Virus record (IMG/VR): IMGVR_UViG_3300049794_000047
Direction: 5' to 3' (one strand)
Source: a virus
Taxonomy: Duplodnaviria > Caudoviricetes
Length of the DNA: 64,000 nucleotides
How positions within the stretch are numbered: the first letter of the stretch is position 1; each line of letters starts with the position of its first letter. Below are positions 43,625 to 54,465 of the stretch, in pieces. The notes under the pieces are model-generated. The model searched no databases. It was not told where the DNA came from and saw nothing but the letters and a program-made list of their open reading frames with translations. The position numbers were made by a program, and so were the translations under genes.

Positions 43625-44038
43625 GCTGGCGCGACGCTGCCGTGACAAGGGCCGCGGAGGCGAACACCGATTTGTTGTTCGCCGAGCTCCACGGTGACTT
43701 GCGCGACGCCGGCTACAAAGACGAGGTGGCGGCCGAGATCGTCGCGCTCGTCAGGGCCGCGCCATTGCTTCTGGAAATCACCGCAGCCGCGCTGGCCGTA
43801 GTCAACGCCGACGCGAGGCATGGCGTCAACATCCGAGGGATGCATACGGCGAAGAACTCCGCGGAGTACATGGACGCCAGCCGCTCATCGGTCGACACCA
43901 AGAAGGCGGCAGACGAATGCTACGCAGCGCTGCATGACGCCATCCTGAAGGTCCGCCAGTGATCGCCGCTCCGCCACCCGCCGACCACGACCCCGGCCCC
44001 GGCGACGAGGACCGCTCCGGTGGGACTGTGCCCGCTAA

Positions 44039-44124
44039 GGGGCTGGACTTTATTAACTTGGTCATTTGAACGATTTCCCGACGAAGATCCACCAGAAATG
44101 ACCAGGTTATTTCGTTCCAGCCCC
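44039..44124 (-). mobile_element. 86-bp MITE copy 10
   Basis: TAA duplication; splits ORF 43959-44392 (..TVPA|KRFFMVD..). Confidence 0.9.
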
Positions 44125-44385
44125 TAAGCGTTTCTTCATGGTCGACGACGATGGCCACATCCAATACAGCTTGGTCGCCCGCGATGTCGAGCACGTCAAG
44201 GAGTTGTTCCGCGCCGCGGGAACGCTGTTCGGCCCGTACGAGGTCGGTGTTGACGCCGCGACTACGCTCGAGTGGTCGGAGCTGACTCACCAAGAAGCGG
44301 CGCTCAAGACGCGCTGTCATACCGAGGATGACCGCGGAGTTATCGCGCCAGCCGATGCGAATATCGGGGACTGGTTTTGTAGCGA

Positions 44386-44715
44386 ATGGTGACCCTTGAC
44401 GAATGGCGAGCTAGGGCTGCCGAGTTGTTCGGCCCTGACAAGATGGGGTGGCGGTTCGTATGCCCGGCGTGTTGCCACGTGGCCGCTATCCGGGACTGGA
44501 AGGATGCCGGAGCTCCGGCGACCGCCGTCGCGTTCTCGTGCGTTGGCCGCTGGTCGGGCGCCAACCGAGAGGCGTTCGGTAAAGGCAGGGGGCCGTGCAA
44601 CTACGCCGGTGGTGGCCTATTCGGACTGAATCCGGTTGCCGTCGTGGATCCTGACGGACATGTGATCCGGGCCTTCGCATTCGCGGCGCCTGCCGTCGGT
44701 GCGCCCTCGGGATGA
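44386..44715 (+). CDS. VVA0879-like Cys-rich phage protein
   Basis: WRFVCPAC, FSCVGRW, GPCNYAGGGLF.LNPV. Confidence 0.6.
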   Translation: MVTLDEWRARAAELFGPDKMGWRFVCPACCHVAAIRDWKDAGAPATAVAFSCVGRWSGANREAFGKGRGPCNYAGGGLFGLNPVAVVDPDGHVIRAFAFAAPAVGAPSG

Positions 44716-44967
44716 CCACGATGAGAATCCTGCTCCGCTACTGGTGGCGCCTCCGCGCGAGGGGGCACGCGAACCTCTATCACCCGGCCGATGTCACGCC
44801 GACCGTCGACGGGTTCTTGGTTGAGTGCTCGTGCGGTGGGCATGGTCAGGTCCAGAGCAACGGCGACCGGACTTCCACGGTGACCGATACGACCTGTCCG
44901 CTGTGGGCTTGGCGATGGCGATGCCTCCTGGTTTCGATGCCGGCCGCGCGGACGATCGCGAGGCTAA

Positions 44968-45053
44968 GGGGCTGGAACGAAATAACCTGGTCATTTCTGG
45001 TGGATCTTCGTCGGGGAATCGTTCAAATGACCAAGTTAATAAAGTCCAGCCCC
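44968..45053 (+). mobile_element. 86-bp MITE copy 11
   Basis: TAA duplication; lies in the 3' end of ORF 44712. Confidence 0.9.
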
Positions 45054-45924
45054 TAACCAGATCGAAAGGACCGACGAGATGAGCCTGATGGATGCCAAGC
45101 GATTGCTGCAATGGAACGTCGTTACCGAAGCGCTCGCCGATGCGGAGGTCGACCCCGAGACGATCGCGATCGTCGAAAGCGCTCGCATTGTCAGCGAGAT
45201 AGTCCACAGCATGGCGGGTATGCTCATGGGCGGTGCTGACACCAAGCAGGCGAAGAACTACGTCAAGATCGAGATGATCGGGTTGATCCCGCCGTTCGAG
45301 CGTGCGTACATCGAGCTGGTCAGGCCGGGCGGGAAAACCAGTCACGAGTTGCGCGAGCTGCTTCGTGACAGGCTGGCGCACGTCAGGAAGCTCCTCTCCG
45401 AGGGCTGTCCGAAGGACGCGCTCCGCGAGGGCATCATCCAGGGGATCGACGAGGATCTTGCGAGCGAGTCGCCATGAGCGGCACCGACCAGCGCGGCATC
45501 CATGCCAAGTTTCACGTCGAGCGAACCGATGGATCGTCCAAGCCGGGCGGCGCGCACGAGGGCTGCTCGTACTTCGTGCTCAACCTGGAACATGACCCGT
45601 TCGCGCGCGCGGCGTTGAAGGTGTACGCGACCGCATGCGCCGAAGTGCAGCCCAGGCTCTCACGCGACCTGACCAGGATCGCGATGGCCGAACGGAGCAA
45701 GCCTGCGGAATGCGGTTGCCGCGAAGCGATGTGCCCGCACACGGGCGTCGCGCTTGGTCCGTCGGAGACCGCCGACCTTCTGATGAAGATGACGAGGAAA
45801 ACATGACCGAGCTGGACTACATCATCGACGTTCACCGCCGCGAGGACCGCCGAGCGCAGGCCGTGTTTGACCTGACGGTCGCTGCGCTGATCGCAATTGC
45901 GTACGGCGTGTACCGCCTGATCGG

Positions 45925-47704
45925 ATGGCTCGCATGACCGCCACCACCGAAGCCTGCGCCTTGATCGCGGAGGCCCGCAAGCACGACGAGGCGATGACGA
46001 GGGCTCCATGGACCCCGCTACGGAGTCCCAACGGGAACGGCACACTCGTGAACGACGTTCGGCACCGAACAGTGGCCGATTGCGATCAGCCGTACGACGA
46101 CGAATCGCCGGGGAACCCTTCCTTGATCGCCAACGCAGAGGGAGTTGCCTGGCTTCGCACCAATCTTCGCGCGCTGCTCGACGGCTACGCCACGGCGCTG
46201 GAGGAGAACGAGCGGCTGGCTCGCTGGAAAGTCGAGCTGCAGGCTGAAGTCGAGACCGAGGCGCATAACAGGTCACGCGAGATTGCTGCCGCCGACGTCC
46301 TCCGCGCCGACGTCCAGCGCCTGGCCGAGACCGCGCGAGCGGCCTCCGAGAACTGGATGGCGGCGTGCCGGCAGAGGGACGAGGCGAGGACGGATAACGA
46401 GCGATACCGAGTACGTGACGTGATTGCGTCCCTGTCCGGGCTCTTGCTCGAACTCCGCGAAACTACCGTATGGGACGATCCAGACGGCGACGTGCTCGAT
46501 AGGCTGCTCGGCCTTGGTGGAGATCCTCCTGATACCGCGTGGTGTCTCGAGCGTTTGCGCTCCATGGTCGATCTCACCGATCCTGACTGCCCGATCGGGG
46601 TCGCGCTGACCAAGGCAGGCCTGACATGACCACCAAGCCCATCGACGCGGCGCGCTTGAGCGAAATCGTGGCGCTGTGCGCGAGGATGCGGTGTTGGCAC
46701 GACGAGGATCTGGCCAGCGCGCAAGCCTGCGTGTCGTGTGAGTCTAGTGTGCATACACCGTCGGACCTCGAACCGACGCCGCTCTGCGACTTATGCGCGC
46801 AACGGCTGGTCAACGACGTTCCCGATCTCCTCGCCGAGATCGCGCGCCTCCAGTTTGACCTCGGCCACGCGACGTCCCACGAAGGTGACCATCTGAGCAA
46901 GGCCTCGCGCCGCATGGTCGATACCGTGATGGGCGATCGCGATGCGCTCCGGGCCGCGGTCGCCCGCCTCCGCACCGAGGTCGAACAGTTGAGCAAGCGT
47001 CCGCTACGGACCTTCGATCACATCGGCGGAGACCGGCTCGCCGATGAGGTGGCAGTGCTGATCAGGCGCAAGGCGATCGATGCGCGCTCGCCGGCCGGGG
47101 ATGCATTGCTCGACTACCGAGAGCCGCCTTCGACCGAGCGCGCCGATCGGATGGCCGTGCTCGAAGCAGAGAACGAGCGCCTCGCCGCCGACGTCCTTCG
47201 CCTGACCGAGACCGCGCGCTCCGCGGCCGAGAACTGGATGGCGGCGTGCCGGCAGCGTGACGAGGCGAGAGCGGAGAGCGAGCAGCTGCGGCAACGGGTG
47301 CGTGATCAGGATGAGGAGCTCCAAGCCCATGCACAGCGCGGCTGGCGCGAACTGCTGGAGGAGAAGCCATGACCGCCAAGCCAATCCCCGTCGTCCGCTT
47401 GAGCGAGATCGCGACGCTGTGCGAACTGATGCAGCACTGGTACAACGACGAGCTGGCCAGCGAGCAAGCCTGCGTGTCGTGCGAGTCGAGCATGCACACG
47501 CCGTCGGATCTCGAACCGACGGCGCTTTACGACCTGTGCGCGCAGCGGCTGGTCGGCGACGTTCCGGAGCTTCTCGCCGAGCGCGCCCGTCTCCACGTCG
47601 ACCTCGGCGAGACCCGGCTCGTGCTCGAGCAGCAGGACCGCGATCTGACGAAGGCCCGCGCGCGTATCGCCGCGCTGGAGGCCGGGCTGCGCGAGATCCT
47701 GTAG
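45925..47704 (+). other. Three coupled phage-like coiled-coil genes with shared modules (45925-46629, 46626-47372, 47369-47704)
   Basis: ATGA overlaps; shared QACVSCESSxHTPSDLEPT and ENWMAACRQRDEAR blocks. Confidence 0.7.
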
Positions 47705-47721
47705 AAAGTAAGCGCGCAGTT

Positions 47722-48717
47722 TCACTTCGCTTGTAGATCTTCGTAGCGAAGTGCGATCGGGAGCTTCTCAACCGCGGCCCGTTTGCCCTTTTCGCCGCGG
47801 CGATCGTAGATGGCTGTTGTCTTGACGTCTGCGTGGCCCATGAGCCTTTGCACCATGAGGATGTCGGCGCCGTTCTCGAGCAAATCCGTTGCGAACGTGC
47901 GGCGCAGGTCATGCGGAGTCAGGGAAGGGACGCCGGCCAGTGTGACGAGCTCGCCGAGCACGTAGTCAACTCCCGCGCGACCGAGGCGCCTCGTCGACGG
48001 TCCTCTGTCACGATTCCAGCTCACGAAGAGCGGTGCGCACCCCCGGCCTTGTTGGAACTCGAACCACGGCAAGAGCCAGGGTCGATATCCCTCAGCAAGG
48101 TAGGTTGTGCGGAACTTGCCCCGCTTGCCGCGTTGTACCTGGATCGCTCCCGTGGTTGGTTCATACTGGGCGGTGTCAAGAGCAGAGACTTCCTGTCGAC
48201 GAAGCCCGCCTGCAAACATGGTGATGAAGAGCGCCTGGTCTCGCCAGCCCCAGGGAGGATCCTGACTGGCCGCCGTACGCAGGAGCGTGCAGACTTCCTC
48301 GATCGAGACCGCCCGCCCCGCAGGCGGCAGATCTGCCGTCTTCATACTCTTGAAGTCGAGTGCACGATGGTAGTCCTCTGTCACGATTTGCCCGAGCTGC
48401 CAGGCAGCCTTGAGCACACCGCGTAGCGCGGACAGCATACGGTTGACGGTACGCTCGCTGTAGCTCGAGACAAGTGAGGCCCGTAGGGCCAACGTGTGCT
48501 GAATGCGGAGCTGATGCCAGGGTAGTGACCACAGGGTGGCTCGACGATCGATCCGTTCCGCGATCTTGGCAAGCCCGGATCTCATCGCTGGACGCGAGTC
48601 TTCGCCGAGCTGAGCAAGGTACACAGCCACTGGATGCTCGGCCAGGTTAATCCCAATCGGGACAATTAGGCCTGTAGTATCGCGCGGCTGGTGGATGAGG
48701 GCGTCGTGTTTGGTCAT
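47722..48717 (-). CDS. Tyrosine recombinase/integrase (XerC/D-like)
   Basis: RDQAL..GLRRQE, GKRGK, HDLRR, MGHADVKTTAIYD. Confidence 0.92.
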   Translation of the reverse strand: MTKHDALIHQPRDTTGLIVPIGINLAEHPVAVYLAQLGEDSRPAMRSGLAKIAERIDRRATLWSLPWHQLRIQHTLALRASLVSSYSERTVNRMLSALRGVLKAAWQLGQIVTEDYHRALDFKSMKTADLPPAGRAVSIEEVCTLLRTAASQDPPWGWRDQALFITMFAGGLRRQEVSALDTAQYEPTTGAIQVQRGKRGKFRTTYLAEGYRPWLLPWFEFQQGRGCAPLFVSWNRDRGPSTRRLGRAGVDYVLGELVTLAGVPSLTPHDLRRTFATDLLENGADILMVQRLMGHADVKTTAIYDRRGEKGKRAAVEKLPIALRYEDLQAK

Positions 48718-49874
48718 GTGTCGACCCCACGCGCCCGAAGTTTTGCAAGCAGTTTGTCTGCTACCGTTACTGGAATGGAGCCCCCGCGCTCCTGTCGAAT
48801 CGCGAATGCGATATCTTCTAGTCGCTCGGTCTGCGGCCGTCGCGCTGCGAGAACGTCCTGTGCGTAGCACTCCCTGGGGGCCAACGGCTCGTTGGAGGCG
48901 CCCTGCCCCCGAAGCGTCCGCATCCTGCGCACGCCTTCCATCACGTAAGCGCCAACCTCTTGCTCCCCAAATCCGTAGTCCCGCATCGCGTTCTCCCACA
49001 CTGAGAGATCGTTGAGAGTTCCGAAGTGACGGAAGGCGTCGAGCCCGTGCCGCGGATCGAACACGTATGCGGGGCGAGGCACATCACTGTCTAAGTTGTG
49101 ACTTACTGAAACCCACGGCCTTGTGTGGACTCGCCATAGGCGGCATTGGCTCTTGGCTGCGGCTTCCTGGATCATCTGTAGCGTGTACCAGTCGCCAATT
49201 GTGCATCCCACTTCGACGGCGATGAGTTGGCCGTACTCGATGCGGTCCTCGCCAAAGCACGGGATCTCTCGATTCCAGGGCAGGAACGGCATGGGCCTTG
49301 GGAGCCCCGACGACTCACAGGCGGTTGCTTGCTCTGAGTCTGGATACTTCGACCCGCAGATCTCGCATTGGTACAGCTTGATCTCACGCATCTCACTCTG
49401 CTCCGTAGCGGTCGTAGTCTCCGACGATCGGTACATCATCATCATCATCGAGGGTCCCAGTGACCCATGCGGGGCTCGCTGGTGGTGGACACGGGAACTC
49501 GTCAGGTACCACGACAAAGCCCCGATCGTTGACCACGACAGGGGCCCCTGCACGCAAGATCTTGGCCGGCGAGTAGTGAAATGCGGGGGTCATGTCCCTG
49601 CGGCAACCTCACGTGACGGATCAGTTCGATCTCGGCACGTCTCCACCGACGCCACATCTCAAGAACTCCGCGGCCGATGATTCCCCAGCCCAGCATGTCT
49701 AATGGGTAGCGCCGCCACTCGCGACACAGGTGAGACACCTCAACGAGGAAAATAGCCGAGAGAATTAGTGCTCTTGGCATGACCCACTTCCAGATGACCT
49801 GCTTCTTGTTCTTCTTCATGACGACTCCCTGCCTCCTGAGTTCTTGTCGCAAGTTACGTGCTGTAATGGGACCG

Positions 49875-50066
49875 TCACGTACTCCATGGCAGGTTGTCCA
49901 GCAGCAAGTGCACGCGCTCTACTGCGAGCTTCTGGTTGCGCTCCCGACTGGATTCGCTGCTGACAACGACCGCGGTGCCGGTCGGCACGTGGTGCGCGAT
50001 TACGCCCCTGGCCGTTCCGACTGCACCGGGAGGCCAGGTACGGATTTCGATGTCCAAACGATTCAT
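49875..50066 (-). CDS. Mini peptide-chain-release-factor (RF-1 domain)-like protein lacking GGQ
   Basis: GVIAHHVPTGTAVVVSSESSRERNQKLAVERV matches the H.PTG..V....RS...N...A pattern. Confidence 0.6.
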   Translation of the reverse strand: MNRLDIEIRTWPPGAVGTARGVIAHHVPTGTAVVVSSESSRERNQKLAVERVHLLLDNLPWST

Positions 50067-51604
50067 GGGCAGGAACTCATTTTTCCAAATGCCTTTATAA
50101 GATTGTGACATTCCGTGCAGTCGCAGATCCGCGCGCAGACCAGGCAAGCCCTGTTATCCGCGTCCACGAACCTGTGATGCGGCACTTGGCTGCCGCGCTC
50201 TCCTCGCTTGCACGGGGCTTCTTCCAGATGGATCTTTGTCGCACGAAACGGTGTTGTTCGAGTCGTGCTTGTCTGGTTGTCACCCATTGATTGGATTTCC
50301 GGCGGATGGGCAGGCGTAGCATCCTGACATGCTCAGGTAACGAAATGATCGATGACATGAATTTCGTTACCTTCACCTGCTCGACCCCCGTCTCCTCGTC
50401 TGCGAAGTTCTCAGGCGGGTGGTCGCAGTGGGGGCACACGCGGCTCGTGTGCCTCCGCTGCGGCCTGCGGCCTTGATAACAGCAACAGTTCGCGCTCACG
50501 AAGGCGCGGGCTCCGCAAGCATGTCGAGGTCTGGGTCATCACCGACCGTGAGCCAACAATCTTCGAAGCTCGCCCCAACGCTCCCACCGCCCTCTCCGTC
50601 GATGAACGCGGATCATTGCGCGCAGAACACACTTGACGAGCTAGCCCTTGCAGTGCATTTTTACTGGGATGTTGGCGAGTTTGATTTGCGGTACCTGAAA
50701 GGAACTCCGACATGGCTTCTCGAAAAGCACGACTCGATCGCGAAATTGCCGAGATTCTGACGCAATCCTTCCATGACCCTGACGAGCGTCTGGTTCGAGC
50801 TGAGGCCGATGGCGTCGTCTATCGGGGGCGACGCAGCATTCACCAAAGTGGCGGTCGTGTATGGATCGACGGCAAGCTGGTCGGTGTTGAGGTTGACAAT
50901 GACGGGAATCCGCTCGCTGCGCATGTGCCTACATCGCGCGCAGCCCCCCTGCCTTCAGCGCGCGTCGTTCGGCCCTCGTGGTGGACCAAATTTCGGCGAA
51001 AGACGACTTGAGGATCGGGCGTCGAGGCTCGTCCACGAGGTACTTCAGCACTCGCACGTCGCCGATCACAGGTCTCCCTTGAGCGCGGCATCAAAGTGCG
51101 TGCCCCACAGTAATGGCGGATTGAGCGGCGTGAACACGAAACCGTAGCCGCACTTTCCGCCAGGAACAAGCATCCAATCATTTCCTGTCGTCCCAAGGTT
51201 GAAAACAAACTTGGCAGGCGCACACGTGCCAAATTCTACGAAGAGTCCTAGACCATCATCATCGTAATTAACCAGCATGTCGCCGCGGCCCATGGCGCCG
51301 TGAGGTTCGCGCTCGAAGGTGCCGTTGCCGAGGCTGCCGACAAACTGCCACGCCTCATCACCAGGTTTTTGATACGCTCTTGGCAACTCAACATGTCGAA
51401 TAGTGACAGCATCCTTCATGATCCAGGCGTGCAGCGTGCGCCAGGCCCAGTGATCTGAAGATCGTCGTGACCAGCCTTGCAAGACTTGTTGTGGGGTCCA
51501 GATCTTCCCGTCGGGTGTTTGCCATGTAGCCAGGGGCATCGGCATTTCGATGAAGGCTGCAATGTGCCGTGCGCTACGTGCTTCAAAGTCGTCTAAGGAT
51601 CTTG

Positions 51605-52474
51605 TCATTGTGTCCTCTTGAACAACGACGGTAACGCGTTGCCCACGGCGTCGCTGTTCCGTGAATGTGAGTAGATATTCTCGATCGTACGCTCGGTCTG
51701 GCCGGTGAGTTGCCGGACATCCATGGGTGACTTTCCTTCTTCACGCAGCCACGTCACCGTTGAGTGACGCGCAAGGTGAGGAAACACGTGTCGGATCTGC
51801 GCTTGCTTTGCGCGCCGGTCAAACACGCTCCAGATCTGAAATGCAGACATCACTCCACGGATCTTGTTCTTGCGCACGTCCAGGAACACATGCCCAGTCG
51901 TGACGCCGAGAGAGCGTAGCCGCTCGATCCAGGTGCCGAGTGCCGCGAGCGTTTCAACATCGGCGTTGAACGAAATGCGGTCACCTCCCTTGTTGATCGT
52001 CGTGATCTTTGGTGACTTCACGCCGGCCATTTCGAGAGCGCGGAGACCACCGCGGCGGAGCCCTGTTCGCAGTGCTAGGACGAGGAGTGCACGATCACGT
52101 ACGTCGACAAGCTCGTCGCTGGCACAGGTCGCCAGGAGCAACGCTGCCTCCTCGTACGTGAGCGGCACACGCTCCTCGGGGTCTTGGGCCTTCACCTTCT
52201 CGACGTCGGCCGCGAAGTCTCTCCCATTGGCAACGTGCTTGGCGAACCGCTTCGACGCGTAACGGACGGCCTTGCGGTAGACATTCACCGTCTGTGGCTT
52301 TCTCTTCTTGAGGAGCTCAAAGAGCCAGCACTCAACGAGCGCCGGTGTGTAGACGCTGGGGTCGTCGCCGGCGAACGCGACGAACGCCGCTACGCACTCA
52401 CGGTAAAGCGCTTTCGTACGCGCCTGCAAATTCAGGCTCGTCTCGATGAGTTCGTCGAGTTTCGAGGTGCCCAT
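51605..52474 (-). CDS. Second tyrosine recombinase
   Basis: RDRALL..TGLRR, NKGG, PHLARH, LTGQ..IENIY. Confidence 0.88.
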   Translation of the reverse strand: MGTSKLDELIETSLNLQARTKALYRECVAAFVAFAGDDPSVYTPALVECWLFELLKKRKPQTVNVYRKAVRYASKRFAKHVANGRDFAADVEKVKAQDPEERVPLTYEEAALLLATCASDELVDVRDRALLVLALRTGLRRGGLRALEMAGVKSPKITTINKGGDRISFNADVETLAALGTWIERLRSLGVTTGHVFLDVRKNKIRGVMSAFQIWSVFDRRAKQAQIRHVFPHLARHSTVTWLREEGKSPMDVRQLTGQTERTIENIYSHSRNSDAVGNALPSLFKRTQ

Positions 52475-54054
52475 CTGTCGAACGCTACTGGACCCCGACC
52501 TAAAACGCAACACTCCAGCGGGAGTGTTGCGTGGCACTGATTTCAACAGCTTGGACTATGCAAACTGTGGCAACACGGACCCTGTTGTCACGGAGAATCA
52601 ATAAGTTAAGGCGGCCTAATTGCGAGTTATGTAGCCGCCCTGCTAGGATGCGCCCCGATGGCATCCCAGCCCGTCTCCCAGCCCGTTTCCGCCGAGGCCC
52701 CCGTGCAGGCCGTTGTCCTTCGCGAGCGTGCGAACACCCTCCTGCGAGAAGCCTTGGATGCGGCCGACGCCGACCTTTGGGGAAACACGATCCGTCACGC
52801 GATGGTCGATGCAGCGCTGGCTCTCTACACCGAAGCCGCGCAGCTCGAGGGACCGCCGCTCGAACCGCATGACGTCACGAGCTGGGCTGCGTTCTTGCCG
52901 ATGAACCCTTCGTGGCTGTTCACCCAGAACTCGACGCCGCCCTCGGCCTGTCCGCACACGCAGATTGTGCTGGGGAATGACGAGACGCCAACCCTGCAAC
53001 TGCCAATCGTGCGGTAAGCGGTGGACCTTCGTGCCAGCGGGCGCGACCCCACGGTACTGCGCCGATGACGATCCGACGTATCCAGGCATGCTCGACAACC
53101 GCGGCTGGTCGAAGTCCGCGCGCGTGGCAATGCTGGACGATCATAACCACAGCGCGGCGATCGCGCGAGATATCCAGCTCGGGCGCACCAGCTTGCAGAT
53201 TCGAGACGAGATCATCCAGAAGGTCGGGATGATGGCAGATGCCCGCACGCCCGAGATGCAGGCCCGCTACGACGCGGCCATCGCCCGTGAAAGTGAGGGT
53301 CCAGGCACGGGATCCATGATCGTTACGATCACGGGACCACACGGCGAAGATGCGACGACGATCGCGCGCGCGGTCTGCGAAATGCTGTCGGAGGCCGACA
53401 TCGACAACTCGATGCCCGAGGAGTCCGATAACCCGTACGCCGGAGATTCGACCGAGCAGCTTTACAGCCTTCGCCGCCGCGCCGGTCTTCGTGTGGTTGT
53501 TCAAACGGACACGAAAAGGATGCTGGCGCGTCCATGACCAAGACGACCTACGCGCGCCAGTTGTCGGCCGACGAATTGGCGGAAGAGACGAAGGACATGT
53601 CGCCCGAGGCGCGCGAGGAGTTCCGCATCGAGAACGCGACCAGTCCCTTGTTCGACATGGGGCTTCGCTTCGAGGGCGCCTTCGGTGATCGCGCGATCGA
53701 TCGTCTCGACATCTCGGACGAGGACGCAGAGGCTGCGGCGATGCGGATGGAGGCCGGTAGAACCGAGGCGGGCCGCGCGTTCGCGCACCTCCTGCGCAGC
53801 ATCACGAATCGCCGCCGTCTTCGCGTGATCTCGCACAAGGTGACCGCGGGCGGGGAAGCCAGCGGCACACGCGAGTCGATGTCGATCCCGGAGATCCACG
53901 AGCGTTACGCGAAGCTGCCTAAGGGGGATGCATGACTCGTCGCGCGAGCCGCGATTCTTCCAAAACCGTGCGTGGTGCCCGCACACCGCTGGATCGACGA
54001 GGTCGTACATCGCAAAGCCGCGCACGCGCTGCACAGCGACTGTAGGGAAGTCCA

Positions 54055-54465
54055 TTGGACCTCACTAACGAAAAGATTGCTGCCGCCAGCGCTGAAGAAC
54101 TGCGCGAAGTCTGCCGCCAGCTCCTCGCTGAAAACCAGGCCCTGCGCGCGCTGATCAGCGACCGCACGTCCGCGGCGGTTAATAAACTCCGTGAGCAGGG
54201 GTTGAAGTTCAATGGAAATCTTCCCTACGGTCTGGGAAGTAACAAAGTCACCAAGAAGCTCGAGCCCTCACAATACGAGGAGCGGTTGATCACTGAGATC
54301 AAGCAACTGCATACCCAAAAACTCTCCCTGCGCGCTATAGCTCGCACGCTCACCGAACATAACCTTCTCAACCGGGACGGGAAACCCATTGACGCAAAGC
54401 AGGTGGCGCGTATTCTCGACGCTGCAGGCATCGTGAGAAAGCGTCGATCGGCCCCGTCAGTGTAA
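54055..54465 (+). CDS. Serine-recombinase DNA-binding (Recombinase) domain without catalytic domain
   Basis: LISDRT..REQG..GNLPYG...SLRAIARTL..NRDGKP...QVARIL. Confidence 0.7.
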   Translation: MDLTNEKIAAASAEELREVCRQLLAENQALRALISDRTSAAVNKLREQGLKFNGNLPYGLGSNKVTKKLEPSQYEERLITEIKQLHTQKLSLRAIARTLTEHNLLNRDGKPIDAKQVARILDAAGIVRKRRSAPSV

